From: Octopus sinensis
Taxonomy: Eukaryota
DNA: 64,000 bases
Direction of reading: 5' to 3'
Assembly: GCF_006345805.1 (NCBI RefSeq)
Contig: NC_042997.1
Span: 69,006,001-69,070,000 of the forward strand
Each line of letters begins with the position of its first letter. The first letter of the stretch is position 1. Positions 51,000 to 64,000 of this stretch are shown here, piece after piece. The notes beneath the pieces were generated by a model. It had not been told where the DNA came from, ran no database searches, and saw only the letters and a list, made by a program, of their open reading frames with translations. The position numbers were made by a program, and so were the translations under genes.

Positions 51000-52480
51000 T
51001 TCAATTCTGTTCTCTTTACTTCCCGTGTGTCTTCCTGACACCTAGGGCAGAGAAACGCACTGTATATATTTGTAGGCCATTAAAATAAATACACCAGATT
51101 GTTCATTTACACAGTCATGTGATAGAGAAAAATAGGAAGAAAGACAGAGAGAAAAAGGAAAAATAAAAAATATAAAAGTAAACAAAGAATATAAAAGGCA
51201 AAAAGGGAAATAAAATTCACAGTGACAGGGCTCTTCTCAGTATGTGTGATGTACCAGTTAAGACAATCTTCTGCACTTACTGCAAGGGTGGTAATCCAGG
51301 GATCATTTTAACATAATTTTCAGTTCCTTTTTTGATCATTCCAAGTGCTCATGCAATCATTGGTATTGTAACCATCTTGAGATGCTAATATTTGCTCTTA
51401 CTATTGTGTAGTACAATTAAACGTTGTTTAGTTTCGACTTTGGTCTTATACTTGAAACAATCACAAAAATGTAAGGGTTGAAAGGGATAGTAGGAGAAAG
51501 AGAAACAGCTTGGTGTGTAGACTAAATTCTACACATCTACAAATAGGTTCGGCAGATGATGAAAAGAAGATCAGCGGCTTCACATTCCTATGCGATCAGG
51601 AGACAAAAGAAGCGCCACGCCCTTGCGCTCAGCAGAGGGCAATATATAGAGTTGATTTCAATTGGGGCAGTTCTAGTGTACCCATGATACTTTCTCCATA
51701 CAACCCTATCAGTTGAAATTCTTCACTCAGTAGCCTATTGTAAGGCCTGGGCCTGGGATTTCTTACTTTATATTGCTTTTGGCAGACGTGCTGGCAGTCT
51801 TTCTCAAGCTCTCTTCGCCATACAGTTTGTTGAGAATATCATTTGATCTCCAGTGGCTCTCAACCTGATATTTTATTGTGGAGGCTTTCACAGAGACTGA
51901 ACCTTACGGATTGAAGTTGCGATAAATTGACTTAGCCATTAAGTTATTGAAGATTTGCCGTTTATAAAATGTAGTACTAACTATATTTTAGTTAGAGCAG
52001 TTTGGAGTTTAAATCTTTGAATCTTGTATCATTAAATCGTCTCTCTAGTTCCTTTCTGACATCTTTCTGATGACGTGGGAAGTTGTTCTCTGTGCTACAT
52101 TTCAAGAATACAACGATCTATGATATACTTTTTGGAGGAATAAAATTTTGTTTTGTAAGTTACATGCCCATGCTGGTTCAGGCTTTCTGGGTGAATCTCC
52201 TTTGCATAGGTTCAGCTTTTTGCGATACAGAAGAAATTTGATGACTGAGACATATATTAAAAGGTTAATGGCTTCGTAGATTGTTTTCATATCTATAGAC
52301 TGTATAGCCTTCAGATATTTCTTAGGCATTTCATTAAGTGTCTCTGGATATAATTTACCAAGTTCTTACATTATTCTGCTATTGCCTGGTTTGGCATTCA
52401 AATTAATGTTGCGGACCTCTTAAAGCATATCGTCTCAGATCAGTTGTAAGGTATCAACAAGCTTTCGGGTTCTTTTTGTA
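51000..52480 (-). mobile_element. Decayed R4/Dong-like element: N-terminal part 51690-52480, C-terminus and 3' UTR 51000-51400
   Basis: YEAINLLIY..PEPAWACNLQNKILFLQK, KSIYRNF..VESHW..EIPGPGLTIGY; C-terminal LKMVTIPMIA*ALGMIKKGT..IPGLPPLQ..QKIVLTGTSHILRRAL. Confidence 0.65.
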
Positions 52481-52578
52481 CAGTATAGATATAGATTTCA
52501 GCTATACTGTTGGCGTATGATTAATGAATGTACGTATGTAAGTATGTATGTGCTTGTTAATGTGTGCATGTATATATA

Positions 52579-52609
<31 letters not shown>

Positions 52610-52617
52610 ATATTATA

Positions 52618-52651
<34 letters not shown>

Positions 52652-52704
52652 ATATGTAAATATGTGTGTGCGCGTATGTATCAGTTATGTATGTATATGT
52701 ATAT

Positions 52705-52853
<149 letters not shown>

Positions 52854-53887
52854 TATATATATATGTATATATATGAATGCCTTTCTGAGTATGCGTATGT
52901 GTGTATGTCCGTATGTATATGTATGCATATATGTATGAATGGAACTTTGATACTGAATATACTTGTATGTAAGTACCTATGTTTATGTTTCTATCGTTTT
53001 ATGCGCATAATATCTATGCAGTTTTACATATGTATATGCGTACTCATTTATGCATGGTAGCGTTCATACTTGCATGTATGTGTTTATGCATGCATATATG
53101 TATGTATGTATGTATGTGTGTATGTATGGACGCCTAGGTATAAGCAGACAAACCACATAACTAATGTAAATTTAGGTCAGTCGATCGTGGATAGACAAGA
53201 TAAAATATCTGACATAAATTTCATCAGATTTTTCTTGTTTACCTTGTTTTCAATTTATCGCCATTTTGTTTCATTTTCTCGTACAGCAGAAGAAAGCTAG
53301 GGAGGAGATCATCGCGAGAGAGAGAGGGAGAGAGAGAGAGAGAGAAAGAAAGAGAGAAGGAGAGGGATCGAGAGTGAGAGGGATAGTAAAAGAGAAAAAG
53401 TAAGACAGAATATATACTGGTAAGTAACATCAGCATGTATGTATGTGTGTATTTATTCTATATATATGTGTATATGTCTCTGTATGTATATATACATATC
53501 TGTATATGTATGTATATATGTATATGTATACATACACACACACACACACACACACTCACACATATGTATGTATGTATATGTATCTGTATGTACATACACA
53601 TATATCTGTATGCATATATACATACATATATATGTTTCGAATGCGAGAAAAAGAGGGTGAGGGACAGGGGGAGAAGGACAGGGTCATCAGTGACACTGCA
53701 GTTCGTATTAAGACAAAAGCTGTGCAAAGGAGTGCGAGTGTTAACAAATATTAAATTGTGAGGAAAGGAGTTGTCTAATTCATATCAACCTCTTCATTCT
53801 CTTCTCGAATACACAATTCAGCCCCTTTCTCTCACCATCTCTCTCCCTCTCTCTTAGTCTCTGTCTCCTTTTTCACTCTCTTCCACT

Positions 53888-53920
<33 letters not shown>

Positions 53921-54364
53921 TGATTGTCAATGTCGCGTTACCGTTCTATTCCTCCTTGTCGCTTTTTACTTATCTCACTCACCTTATCTCTCACTACCGC
54001 TTTATTTGCAATATTGCTCAACTCACCTTTATATATTGCAGGTTCTCATTACACACGTACACACACGCACACTCACACACACTCGCATATCTCAAACACC
54101 AGAATTTCTCGCCCTCTCATATTTTTGCCTCAGTCTTCGTTTGTCGTATGAGATCCCTTTCTATCACTCTTGCTTCTCTCGCCCTCCCTCTCCGTCTCTC
54201 TCTCCTGCACACCTCTACCCGTTCCTTCTAATTTTGCCCCAATTGTGCTTCTTAATGTTTACGTTTTCAGCATTTTCTTCCTTCTACATCTTTTCGTAAT
54301 AGTCTTCTCGTGATCTACAACTTCTCGTAATAATCTTCCCTCATTTCAAAAACCTATTTAGTAC

Positions 54365-54473
<109 letters not shown>

Positions 54474-54514
54474 GTCTGTCTGTCTACATATCTATCTATC
54501 TATCTATCTATCTA

Positions 54515-54549
<35 letters not shown>

Positions 54550-55376
54550 ATGTCTGTCTGTCTACATATATTTCTTTCTATCTACCTGGCTATCTATCTA
54601 TCTATACATGTATATAAATATATATGTCAGTATGTCTGTCTAACTATCTACTAATCTTCCTACCTTCCTAGCTAATTAGATAACTAGATTAACATGTATC
54701 TCAGTCTCAGCTTGTCTGTCTGTCTCTCTCTATATATATGTGCGTGTGTGCGTGCGTATGTGTGTTTATGTATGTACCACTCTATATATAGAGAGCAATA
54801 GGCCCAACTTTCTCTTTCTCTCTCGAAGTTTCCATTTTTACATAACTCCCCACCCTCACGCTTTCCATCCACCTGTCTGTCTGTCTCTCTTCTACTGTCT
54901 GCCTTTAATTTTAGTCTGGATATACCATTCCGTACTTTTCCCTCTCTTCATTTCTCTAATTCTCTCTTAACCTCATTTATATTTGCATTGTTACAGTGAT
55001 AGTTATACTACCGTTGATTTTGTATGATCGTATACAGATGTTAAACACATGCACACACACACGAGCGCATTCACGCACGCACGTACGCACGCACTCACGC
55101 ACATACATGCGCTCACTTTGGCTAAACCTGCAGACACTCACATACACATATACATTAGCATAAACACTCATAGGTATACAAATAATGCTAATATCCTATG
55201 ACCTATATAGCTTTAGCATTCTCTCAGTTTCTGTTTTTCTGTCTGGTTGTCAGTCTCTCTATCTCTCGATGTATGTATATATATGTATATATATGCGTGT
55301 GTGTGTGTGTATACACACATATATATGTATATAATGTATATACTTACACACACACACACACGCACACACACATATA

Positions 55377-55419
<43 letters not shown>

Positions 55420-55497
55420 AATAAAGGGTGCTGCAAATTTTGCTAAACCCTAATTATAATATTCTCATAATTATAGAATGATTGTGTGTGTGTGTAA

Positions 55498-55533
<36 letters not shown>

Positions 55534-55560
55534 ATGTATGTATGTATGTATGTATGTATG

Positions 55561-55665
<105 letters not shown>

Positions 55666-55719
55666 AAATTTAAAATTTACAACCTGAGGTTCTAATGAAT
55701 CCTTACAACTTATGTTATC

Positions 55720-55990
55720 ATATAGGCTCTACCGAAAATAGGATTAAATTCAGGGGGTCTAACCACCTACAGAGTTTTAAGAATAGACAAAATACTCCAC
55801 CGGATTAAGTAAGTTCATATGGGATTTAAAAGATGGGATATTATTTGTTCTACAAGTTCTTATAACATCTCGAATAAGAGATATGAATTGTCTACCGAAG
55901 AAACGTTTAGAATCCTCACTTTTTAACTTAACTTACGAAAAGAAAAACAATTTCTTGTATTCATGCAGCGAAACATGCGTTCTCTAAATT
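55720..55990 (+). pseudogene. YRDD-type PLE GIY-YIG relic
   Basis: YHIGSTENRIKFRGSNHLQSFKNR / KYSTGLSKFIWDLKD, homologous to 59065-59190. Confidence 0.75.
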
Positions 55991-56604
55991 TAAATAAAAA
56001 AAATATAAGATAATTAATTATATTACTGGATAACATACCTATAAAATATACTATTAATAATAAACTGAAATTAATACGTCCGCTTTTACTTCAAGAAAAT
56101 TTCTGAAACTTTTGGATTCATTAACTCTTCTATTGTTATTCACTTCCACCTGTGTATTTACACATACGTAAATAATAATGACTATAACACTTAAACTGCA
56201 CATTATTTTTGGCTCCATGACCTTAAATTAATCACCATCATTTAACCTTTACTTAGAAATACTTAATATCATTAACCACATACATATTTAATAGTCATTT
56301 ACCTGCATAAGAAATTGAAATTAATGTGTCCATTTATTGGATGCTTTTTTGCCGAACCCTTTGGAGCTATTATTTTCATTCAAACAATGCTTTTCTTCCC
56401 ATATATTCATACATAAATATAACACCGACTATACAACGTATACTACACAATATTGCTGCCTTAATTTCCTTACATAAATAACTACATTTTAACGTATTTT
56501 TATAAACTAATTTGAAAGCAGTATAATTTATATAAATGTGTGATTATATGCATAATGTATGTACCTATGTGTGGGTATGGGTGTATCTCTCTTTTAATCT
56601 TTTA

Positions 56605-56806
56605 CTATTTTAAATGTTTCAATCATTTTGACTGCGGTCATGCTGGAGGGAGTACCACCTTTAGTCGAACAAATCGACCACGGAACTTATTCTTTGTAAG
56701 CCTAATACTTATTCTATCGATCTCTTTTGCCGATTGCTAGCTTACGGGAGTCAAACACACCAACATCGGTTGTCAAGCGATGGTTCCGGACAAACACAGA
56801 CACACA

Positions 56807-56845
<39 letters not shown>

Positions 56846-57262
56846 TTACACATACGTACATACATACCTATGCCTAATGTGACAGCGTGTGTACCGTTGG
56901 CGGTTTTTTTCCTCTGTCTTCCCTTCTCTGGATCTTTCCTTCTCCTATGTTTCCGACGAAGAGCTCCGCTCGAAACATTAAACCATCCTTCTTTCCTTCT
57001 TTCCTGAGTGTCCAATAATACTATATTTGTTCCACGTCCTCGCGTTGTTGTGTTTTTTGTGCTTTCATGTTTGGATTAACTACATATATATATATATATA
57101 AATATATATATATATACGACGGGTTTCTTTCAGTTTCCGTCTGCCAAATTCACTCACAAGGCTTTAGTCGGCCCGAAACTGCAATAGAAGACACTGGCCC
57201 AAGATGACATGCAATAGGATTGAACCCGGGACCATGTGGATGGTAAGTGCGAGCTATTTACC
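56605..57262 (-). mobile_element. Family B SINE (56605-56790 and 57115-57262) interrupted by (TA)n and a solo PLE pLTR
   Basis: Both parts match 39975-40245 and 61075-61345. Confidence 0.75.
56880..57080 (+). mobile_element. Solo pLTR of the Neptune family, HHR at 56949-56983
   Basis: Homologous to 32880-33070; GTTT-CCGACGA-A-GAGC-TCC-GCTC-GAAAC-ATT-AAAC. Confidence 0.85.
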
Positions 57263-57396
57263 TAGTGTAATTACGTACACAACTTTGTATACGCATGCGC
57301 GCGCATTTATGTACATTTATGCATAGGTATGTATGTACGTATGTGTAAGTATGTATATGTGTATTTATGCAAGAATGTATATATATGTATGTATGA

Positions 57397-57445
<49 letters not shown>

Positions 57446-57465
57446 ATATATATATAAATAGGTGA

Positions 57466-59397
57466 ATGAATTATCCTATGTTTATCGTCAGCATGGAAAA
57501 TTCGTTGAACCGAGTCGTAGATTGGTTTACTTCTATTACTGATAAGTCCAACACTAAATTTATCCAATTCGATATATCTAGTTTCTATTCTTCAATCAAC
57601 CCTATTATACTTAATAAGGCCCTATGGCACGCACACAATAAGGCAGGCCTCTTCAGGGAGGAAATTAATGTGATATTGCCTGCTAGGAAATCTTTCATCC
57701 AGTTCGATAGCAAGTTGTGGGTCCGTAGAGATGCTCCTAATGCGTTTGATGTACTAATGGGAAGTACAGACAGCGCCCAGATAGCCGATTTGGTCGGAAT
57801 TTATATTCTTTATGAAATGGCCGACCAATTCCCGGACATCTGTGGAGGTCTTTATCGCGACGATTGTCTGCTTTACCTCCAATACGTTTCGAATCAAAAT
57901 ATACAGAAGGTTAAGAACAGATTAGTTAAGTTTTTTAGTAGAATGGGCTTGCGCATCGTTTTTGACGATGAATTAACTAAAACCAACTTCTTAGACATTA
58001 CCCTCAATTTGCAGAATAACTCATGCTTCCCTTATCATAAACCTTCCACAAATCTTAAGTATATTAGCCTTTACAGTAATCATGCCAGGCCAGTTACCGA
58101 TAATTTGGTCAAAAACATATCTTTGAGACTGTCTAAAATATCTGCCAATGTCGACATCTTTAACCAAAAGGCAGACTTCTATAACGCCGCCTTGTTAAAA
58201 GCCGGTTATAAGGAGAAAGTGTCATACATCGATTTAGCTCATTCTAAACCAACATCTGCTTCTCCAGATAGAAAAGTTACTCGTAATAGGAATAGTGATT
58301 TCAATTCTAATAGTGCCAGCAACCCTGTACATAACATAAATTCTTTACGGACTAAGGGAGGTAAGCGCCATTCAACCCCAAATTTCCAACCCAGAAATTT
58401 TCCCCTTACTTTCACAAATAACACTAAGTACAATTCAAAGGCCACAAAAAACTGTATCTGGTTCGTAATACCTTTCGGAAAACAAATTAAATCGAACCTT
58501 CCCTTGCAGTTCTGTGAAGCCGTTGCTAGGAACTTTCCCAGAAATTCTAGATATCATTCTATTATCAATTCCCACATAGTTAGAATCGCTTTCTCTAACA
58601 CTAGAAATCTTTCACAAATTATATCTTCTCACAATACCAAGCTGCTAAACAAAGATTCTTCACCCGGGAGTTCCAACAGTAATCTTGCTAATTCCAACCC
58701 ATCTTACAATCATAATAATAGGAATAGTATTAATAGTAATAGCATTGGTAGCAGCGATAGTGTTAACAATGATAACATTAATAATAGTATTAGTCGTGTT
58801 GATAACAATGGTAATGTTGATGGTAATAACAATAACGGTATTATTGTTGGTGGTATTACTGGTTGTATTACCATTAATAATACTAATGATAATAGGAATA
58901 GTGTAGTTGTTGGCGCTAATAATAATAGTAACAACAATCATAGCAATAAAAACTTCGTTTCGATCTCGGAGGACAACCCCAACAGAATTAAATTTTTGTC
59001 TAGTAATTCTAAGATTAAGTATTCTATTTACCAGTGTAGAATTTCTTCCGGTACCGATATCTTCTTCTATATAGGAGCGTCCACTTCCCAGTTATCCAAG
59101 AGAATTTCAAACCATTATTCAACATTCAGGGATAGTAAAAAAACAACATAGTACAGGGCTAAGTAAATTAGTTTGGCGTCTTAAAGACAACAATATAAAT
59201 TTCAAGTTAGATTGGTTCATACTGTCTGTATCCTTTCCTTAAGGAAAGGATACAGATAAGAGCAGGAGATTTTGTAACATTTGCAACTCTGAACTCTTCC
59301 ATATTCTCTTCTCTAAGGTTCCCCTTGTAAACACACTCATAGAAAAATCATACAAATGTAAACACTGGCAGAAACATACTTTTTACTCATATAAATG
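57466..59397 (+). CDS. 5'-truncated PLE RT + GIY-YIG (YRDD type; Hydra/Nematis-like clade is an inference); frameshift at ~59140 and TAA at 59240-59242
   Basis: FIQFDISSFYSSI, LMGSTDSAQIADLVGIYIL, GGLYRDDCL, TNFLDITLNL, IWFVIPF, YSIYQC..FYIGAST..KRISNH; continuation HSTGLSKLVWRLKD..CNICNSE..CKH. Confidence 0.9.
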
Positions 59398-59667
59398 ATT
59401 ACGATAGTCATTGTGGTTGGAACAATTAGCTTAACGTTCACTCCACTTCAATAGCGAAATTCTTTCCTAAGCCTTCGAACATTCTTTCAATCAACGTACC
59501 CTTCCCTCTCCACTTGTTCCCTACCTATTATTCCTTTAACCCTTCTCTTCCTACTATCTATCTTTGACGTCAATTCTTCTAACGGTTTTTTTAAAAACAC
59601 TCATTATCGTTTTGTTTATCACGTAGGCAGTCATCAAAATTTTTATTTGTCTTGTCGAGAGAGGCTC

Positions 59668-59760
59668 CCTTTCTTTCCTGATGAGAAGATTGCATAATGC
59701 ACCCTTTATTCCTTTGGAATGAAACCATGTTGTCTTCGAAACATATGTCGAGAGTAAAGG
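59668..59760 (+). ncRNA. Canonical-core type I HHR with extended stem II in the PLE 3' pLTR (cleavage after C59749)
   Basis: CCTTTCTTTC-CTGATGA-GAAGAT..GTCTTC-GAAAC-ATAT-GTC-GAGAGTAAAGG; G10.1-C11.1 intact; palindromic ACATATGT stem III. Confidence 0.85.
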
Positions 59761-59802
59761 AAATTTGTTAACATCTTCGTTCGACTCCATTCTTTCATTT
59801 AA

Positions 59803-59841
<39 letters not shown>

Positions 59842-59953
59842 GTAGTAACAGAAAACAGGAATTTCGATTATCCCCACGTGGTGAGTTGCAATGCATATAA
59901 GAAATTAAGAAAGGAAAATACGCACACTTACATAGTTTTAATATAATTCTTAA

Positions 59954-59990
59954 TATATCGACCGGTTTCGCTTTCGCTATTCATGATATA
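59954..59990 (-). ncRNA. HHR-like motif with degenerate 5' core
   Basis: TATATC-ATGAATA-GC-GAAA-GC-GAAAC-CG-GTC-GATATA. Confidence 0.45.
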
Positions 59991-61074
59991 ATGTTTTACT
60001 TATTTGAATATATATTTTTTCTTAAGAAGAAATTTGATCCATGTTGTGTGTGATGAAATTCACGAGTGAACGACTTCACAAGTAGATAAATAAAGGGAGG
60101 TAATTGGTTGTTGTTATTATTGTTATTGTTGTGGGTTAGGGAGATAACTGTTCAGATTTCGGTAATGGGTGGGGATTATATATGTGTACAGACAGAGAGA
60201 AGTTTCAAAAACCTTGTTTAGTAGGGGATTTACGTACAGTGATGTAATCGTGTATTTAAATGTGTAAAAAGATAAAAGTTGGTTATGCGTGCCTATTAAG
60301 ACGCATATGTATATATGCGTGTATATATGTATATGTATGTATGCATATATATGCATGTATATATATCTATATATATGTATGTGAACAAACAAGCGTATTT
60401 GCGCATGCATGTATGTATGTATGCAAGTGTGTCTGAGTATGTATGTATCTGAAGAACCGTTATGACTAGATACATTTCCTTTTGGGAATGCTATTGTGTA
60501 TAACGCACTAGTTTAAAATTTCCTTAACCAAGGGACATTCATTGATTGATTTTGGATCTGTATTTTTTGTATCTACACATTTTGTACATATATATTTCCC
60601 ATAATCGGATATTCTACTTCTGTTATTTACTTTACATTTATATTATATTTTTAAAACTTTCTTAATTTTATTTTATTTCCACTTTTACTTAATTTACTTT
60701 TCATTTTATTATATCTTATTCTTCACTCTACCTTATTGCCCATTATATTCTAACTGATCTGTTAACCCTTCACCCACACATATCAATAAAATATAACTCC
60801 TTATTTAGTCTGCTTGCATGAACGGAAGGGTCCATATGATATAACTCAATGTATATCTTTCTCTGATGAAATTATGTACATAATATATAAATGCAAATTT
60901 AAAGCATAAATATGTTTTTACCATTCGAGCACTAATGGAAACGGCTCTAAGAAGTAAAGATTACCAATTTTTTAATAATGAATAATTATTATTATCTTAA
61001 CTCTCTATTTTCTTTCCTTCATTTAACTGAACATGAATTTTAAATATATATATATATATATATTCTTTTATTTG

Positions 61075-61131
61075 TGTCAGTCATTTGACTGCAGCCATGC
61101 TGGTGCACAGCCCTTATAAATATATATATAT

Positions 61132-61194
<63 letters not shown>

Positions 61195-61345
61195 GACGAC
61201 GAGCTTGTTTCATTTTCCGTCTACCAAATCCACTCACAAGGCTTTGGTCGACCCGGGGCTATAGTAGAAGACACTTGCCCAAGATGCCACGCAATGGGAC
61301 TGAAGCCGCAACCATGTGGTTGGTAAGCAAGCTAGGTATCACACG
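61075..61345 (-). mobile_element. Family B SINE split by (TA)n
   Basis: CAGTCATTTGACTGCAGCCATGCTGG..AAGACACTTGCCCAAGATGCCACGCAATGGGACTGAA..ACCATGTGGTTGG. Confidence 0.85.
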
Positions 61346-61399
61346 CCTATATGTGTGTATGTATGTATGTATGTATATGTGTGTGTGTGTGTGTATACA

Positions 61400-61740
61400 T
61401 GCATATATGGATACTGGACGTCACTATCGGTGTAAATAACATGAAATACGTAAACAAGGAGAAAAACTGGAAAACAGGACAAGTAAACACAGAGAAATGA
61501 CCCTTCGTCTATTGTCCGCTGTCTGTCTACTCCTCATTTCGAGCATTCAACAACAATATGATTCTTCAGTTCTTCAGAGACAGTTGCTCCCACAAATTCT
61601 AAAATAAAATTTAGGATGTATGGAGGGTCAATGTTGGGAACCAAAAAATGACAGTGGAGACATACAAGGAAACCTAATGAAAACAAACATGGATGGTCAT
61701 TAGCCCAGAATGAGAGAAAAATAGTGAAAAAGAGCAATAG
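61400..61740 (-). mobile_element. Probable decayed PLE pLTR fragment
   Basis: Minus CTGTCT-CTGAAGA-A..GCTC-GAAAT..AGACAG at ~61520-61590. Confidence 0.35.
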
Positions 61741-61751
61741 TGAAAAATAGC

Positions 61752-61788
<37 letters not shown>

Positions 61789-62603
61789 GCATGTGCTCTT
61801 TTTTTTGCTCTTTTTTTACCATTTTTCTCTGATCATGACATTTCCACATTTACCCTTTTTCCTTTTTCCTCCTTTTCTACTTTCGTTAATGTATCTTATA
61901 GCCAAATTTTAGTACTATCGGCTATTGATGAATCTTTCTTTCACTTTCTTGAAACTTCAAATGGGAGTTTATCAAGAGGAAGTTTATCAAGTTATTAACA
62001 TTTCCAGCACCATCCCCACCGAACGGATACAGAGTGGTGCTGGTGGGGGAGGGGGAGAAGATAACTAGTGTCAGCACCTAAATGTAAATATGTTGCAAAG
62101 AATGAAGGCATGGAAATTCGTCCTAACAATGCATTATCCTGTAGTGATGGGTTTTTATCATGACAGGGTTGACTGATTTACTTTCAGTTTGACTGTTTTA
62201 AAACAGGCCTGTGTGTTTTGAAGCTTGTTTTGGATTATATATCTTGTATAGAAGTACGGGAGTGGCGGGATCTCCCCCTTTATATTTCTACTTACTTTTT
62301 TTCAGGTATTGTAGTTATATTTGTGGTTTTACCAATAGATATTAAATGTAAAACTGGAAGCGAAATATGATGTTCCCAGGTTTATATCAGAATACAGTTT
62401 TAGGGTTCTGCAGATTTTACTTTTCCATTTATAAGTTGGCTACCCTGCATTCTGAATCAGTATTCTTTACCTCCAGAATTTGTAAGCAGCAAACGTAAGA
62501 ATTGTTTATAACGAATGAAAGAATTGTTTAAGGCAAACTAAGTTGTGTTTTCAATTTTATATTTTTATTAATCATTCAATTTATTTTCTTGCTTCTCATT
62601 ATA

Positions 62604-64000
62604 ATGAGCAAAGAAAAAACAAGGTTGTACCAGCAAAAATTCCGAAAGGAATGGCTTAAGATGCTAGCGTTTACTAAGTGGTTGTTTTAAGTACCTAGTG
62701 ACCAGTCTGAAGCAAATTGCAGATATTGCAGATGTAAAATGTTGGCAAAGTATTCTCTTTTAGTAAGCCACCGTGATGCTTAGAAACACAAAGCATCAAC
62801 TCCACAGCAAATGATTCCTCTTACTAATTTTATTAAAACCAAAAATGACAAGACATCTAAGCTTGAAGCAAATTTAGCAATGTTTATTTGTTACCACTCA
62901 TCATTTAATAGCTGTGATCACTTAATAGAGTTATGTAAGAATTATATGTCTGATAGTGATATTACATCCAAAGTGAAGTACAACAGGTATAAAATGTGCA
63001 AATGTCGTGAGAAATGTTCTAGCTCCATATTTTGATGGAGATTTGATTTCTGATATAAGAGATAGAAAATTTAGCCTATCATTACATGAATCCAATTATA
63101 TATCGATAAACAGGTTGTTAGGAATTATTATCATATATTATTGTGACACTCACGAAAAAAGTGGTACATATATATCTCAGTAGGGTATCTTTAGAAACAT
63201 GTGATGCAGATGGCATTGTAGATGCCTTAAAAATTGAATTGGTGAAAAAGTAATTAGATATAAAAAATTTACTAGCTGTAGGAACCGACAATGCAAAAGT
63301 AATGATAGGAGTCAACAATGGTGTTTTTCAGAAATTAAAAGAAGTCCCATCATTACTTCTATTTAGATGTGTATGTCATTCTTTACAGTTGGCAGTATCC
63401 CACACTTGTATTGAATGCTTGCCCAAAAATTTAGAATTTTTAGTATCCGAAACCTATAAATCGTCCTCTCATTCTTCAACAAAACAACGTGTCTACAAAC
63501 AACTTTACCTTGCTATAAATGATAAAGAGACTTTGAAGATCGTGAATTCTTGTACAACTAGGGGGCTGTCAATAAAACCAGCGGTAAATAGAATTGTAAG
63601 GCAATGGTTTGAATTGCGAACTCACTTCCAAAGTACAACAATAAAAGGAAAATGCTTTACAGCACAAACGTTACATGAAATGAGTTGTGATTCTAGGAAT
63701 GAACTGTACCTTTTATTTTTGCATCCAATTTTAAAACATGTTGAGGAAGTGAATAAACTGTTTGAATCAAACACTGTTGACAAAACAAAATTACTTCAAG
63801 ATCTTTCAAATTTGATCAAATCTGTTGCTAATATGATAGTGTTGCCAATATGTAGAATTGATCCTCTTGATCCGGATGCTTCTATTGAAAAATTTCTGGA
63901 TCCTAAACCAAATTTAGGCTACAAGCTCGAGAGAAAGATAGCAGAAATGATTATCAAGAAGACTGTAACAGTCACCGAAGAAAATAATATTCGCAAAAGA
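62604..64000 (+). pseudogene. hAT-superfamily transposase pseudogene, runs off the window
   Basis: MSKEKTRLYQQKFRKEWL..NCRYC zinc finger; KLEANLAMFICYHSSF..DHL; FSLSLHES (catalytic D appears as H); VGTDNAKVMIGVNNGV; RCVCHSLQLAVS; CTTRGLS; stops and frameshifts. Confidence 0.9.

Noticed and set aside
60862-60955. HHR-like CTGATGA..GAAACGG
   Set aside because: Stems I-III do not pair convincingly
62163-62449. Possible MITE with CAGGGT-type terminal inverted repeats
   Set aside because: Match is only about 6-7 bp and no target-site duplication was found

Overview
AT-rich, microsatellite-dense animal genomic DNA, most likely octopus/cephalopod (inferred from recalled tRNA-SINE families and repeat style, not from a database search). 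I see no host protein-coding gene; most ORFs in the track are translations of simple repeats. The window is a mosaic of retroelements: a near-intact Neptune-type Penelope-like element (PLE) at 27.96-33.07 kb, a 5'-truncated YRDD-type PLE at 57.5-59.8 kb plus several relics, a cluster of R4/Dong-like LINE pieces in (TAA)n at 46-52.5 kb, RTE fragments, tRNA-derived SINEs and a dead hAT transposase at the right edge. The standout is a head-to-tail array of about 6.7 nearly identical 492-bp non-coding units (14609-17919) inserted in (TA)n. Each unit carries a type I hammerhead ribozyme (HHR) with an 8-bp stem I and a long stem II, inside a highly base-paired sequence: a retrozyme-like, putative circular-RNA element. 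Four unrelated fold-back elements with extended-stem-II HHR motifs, a tRNA-headed SINE with an HHR tail, and more than 20 HHR-like motifs overall suggest a PLE-dependent set of ribozyme-bearing non-autonomous RNAs. All RNA structures were paired by eye and no activity is demonstrated. Boundaries of degraded elements are approximate.
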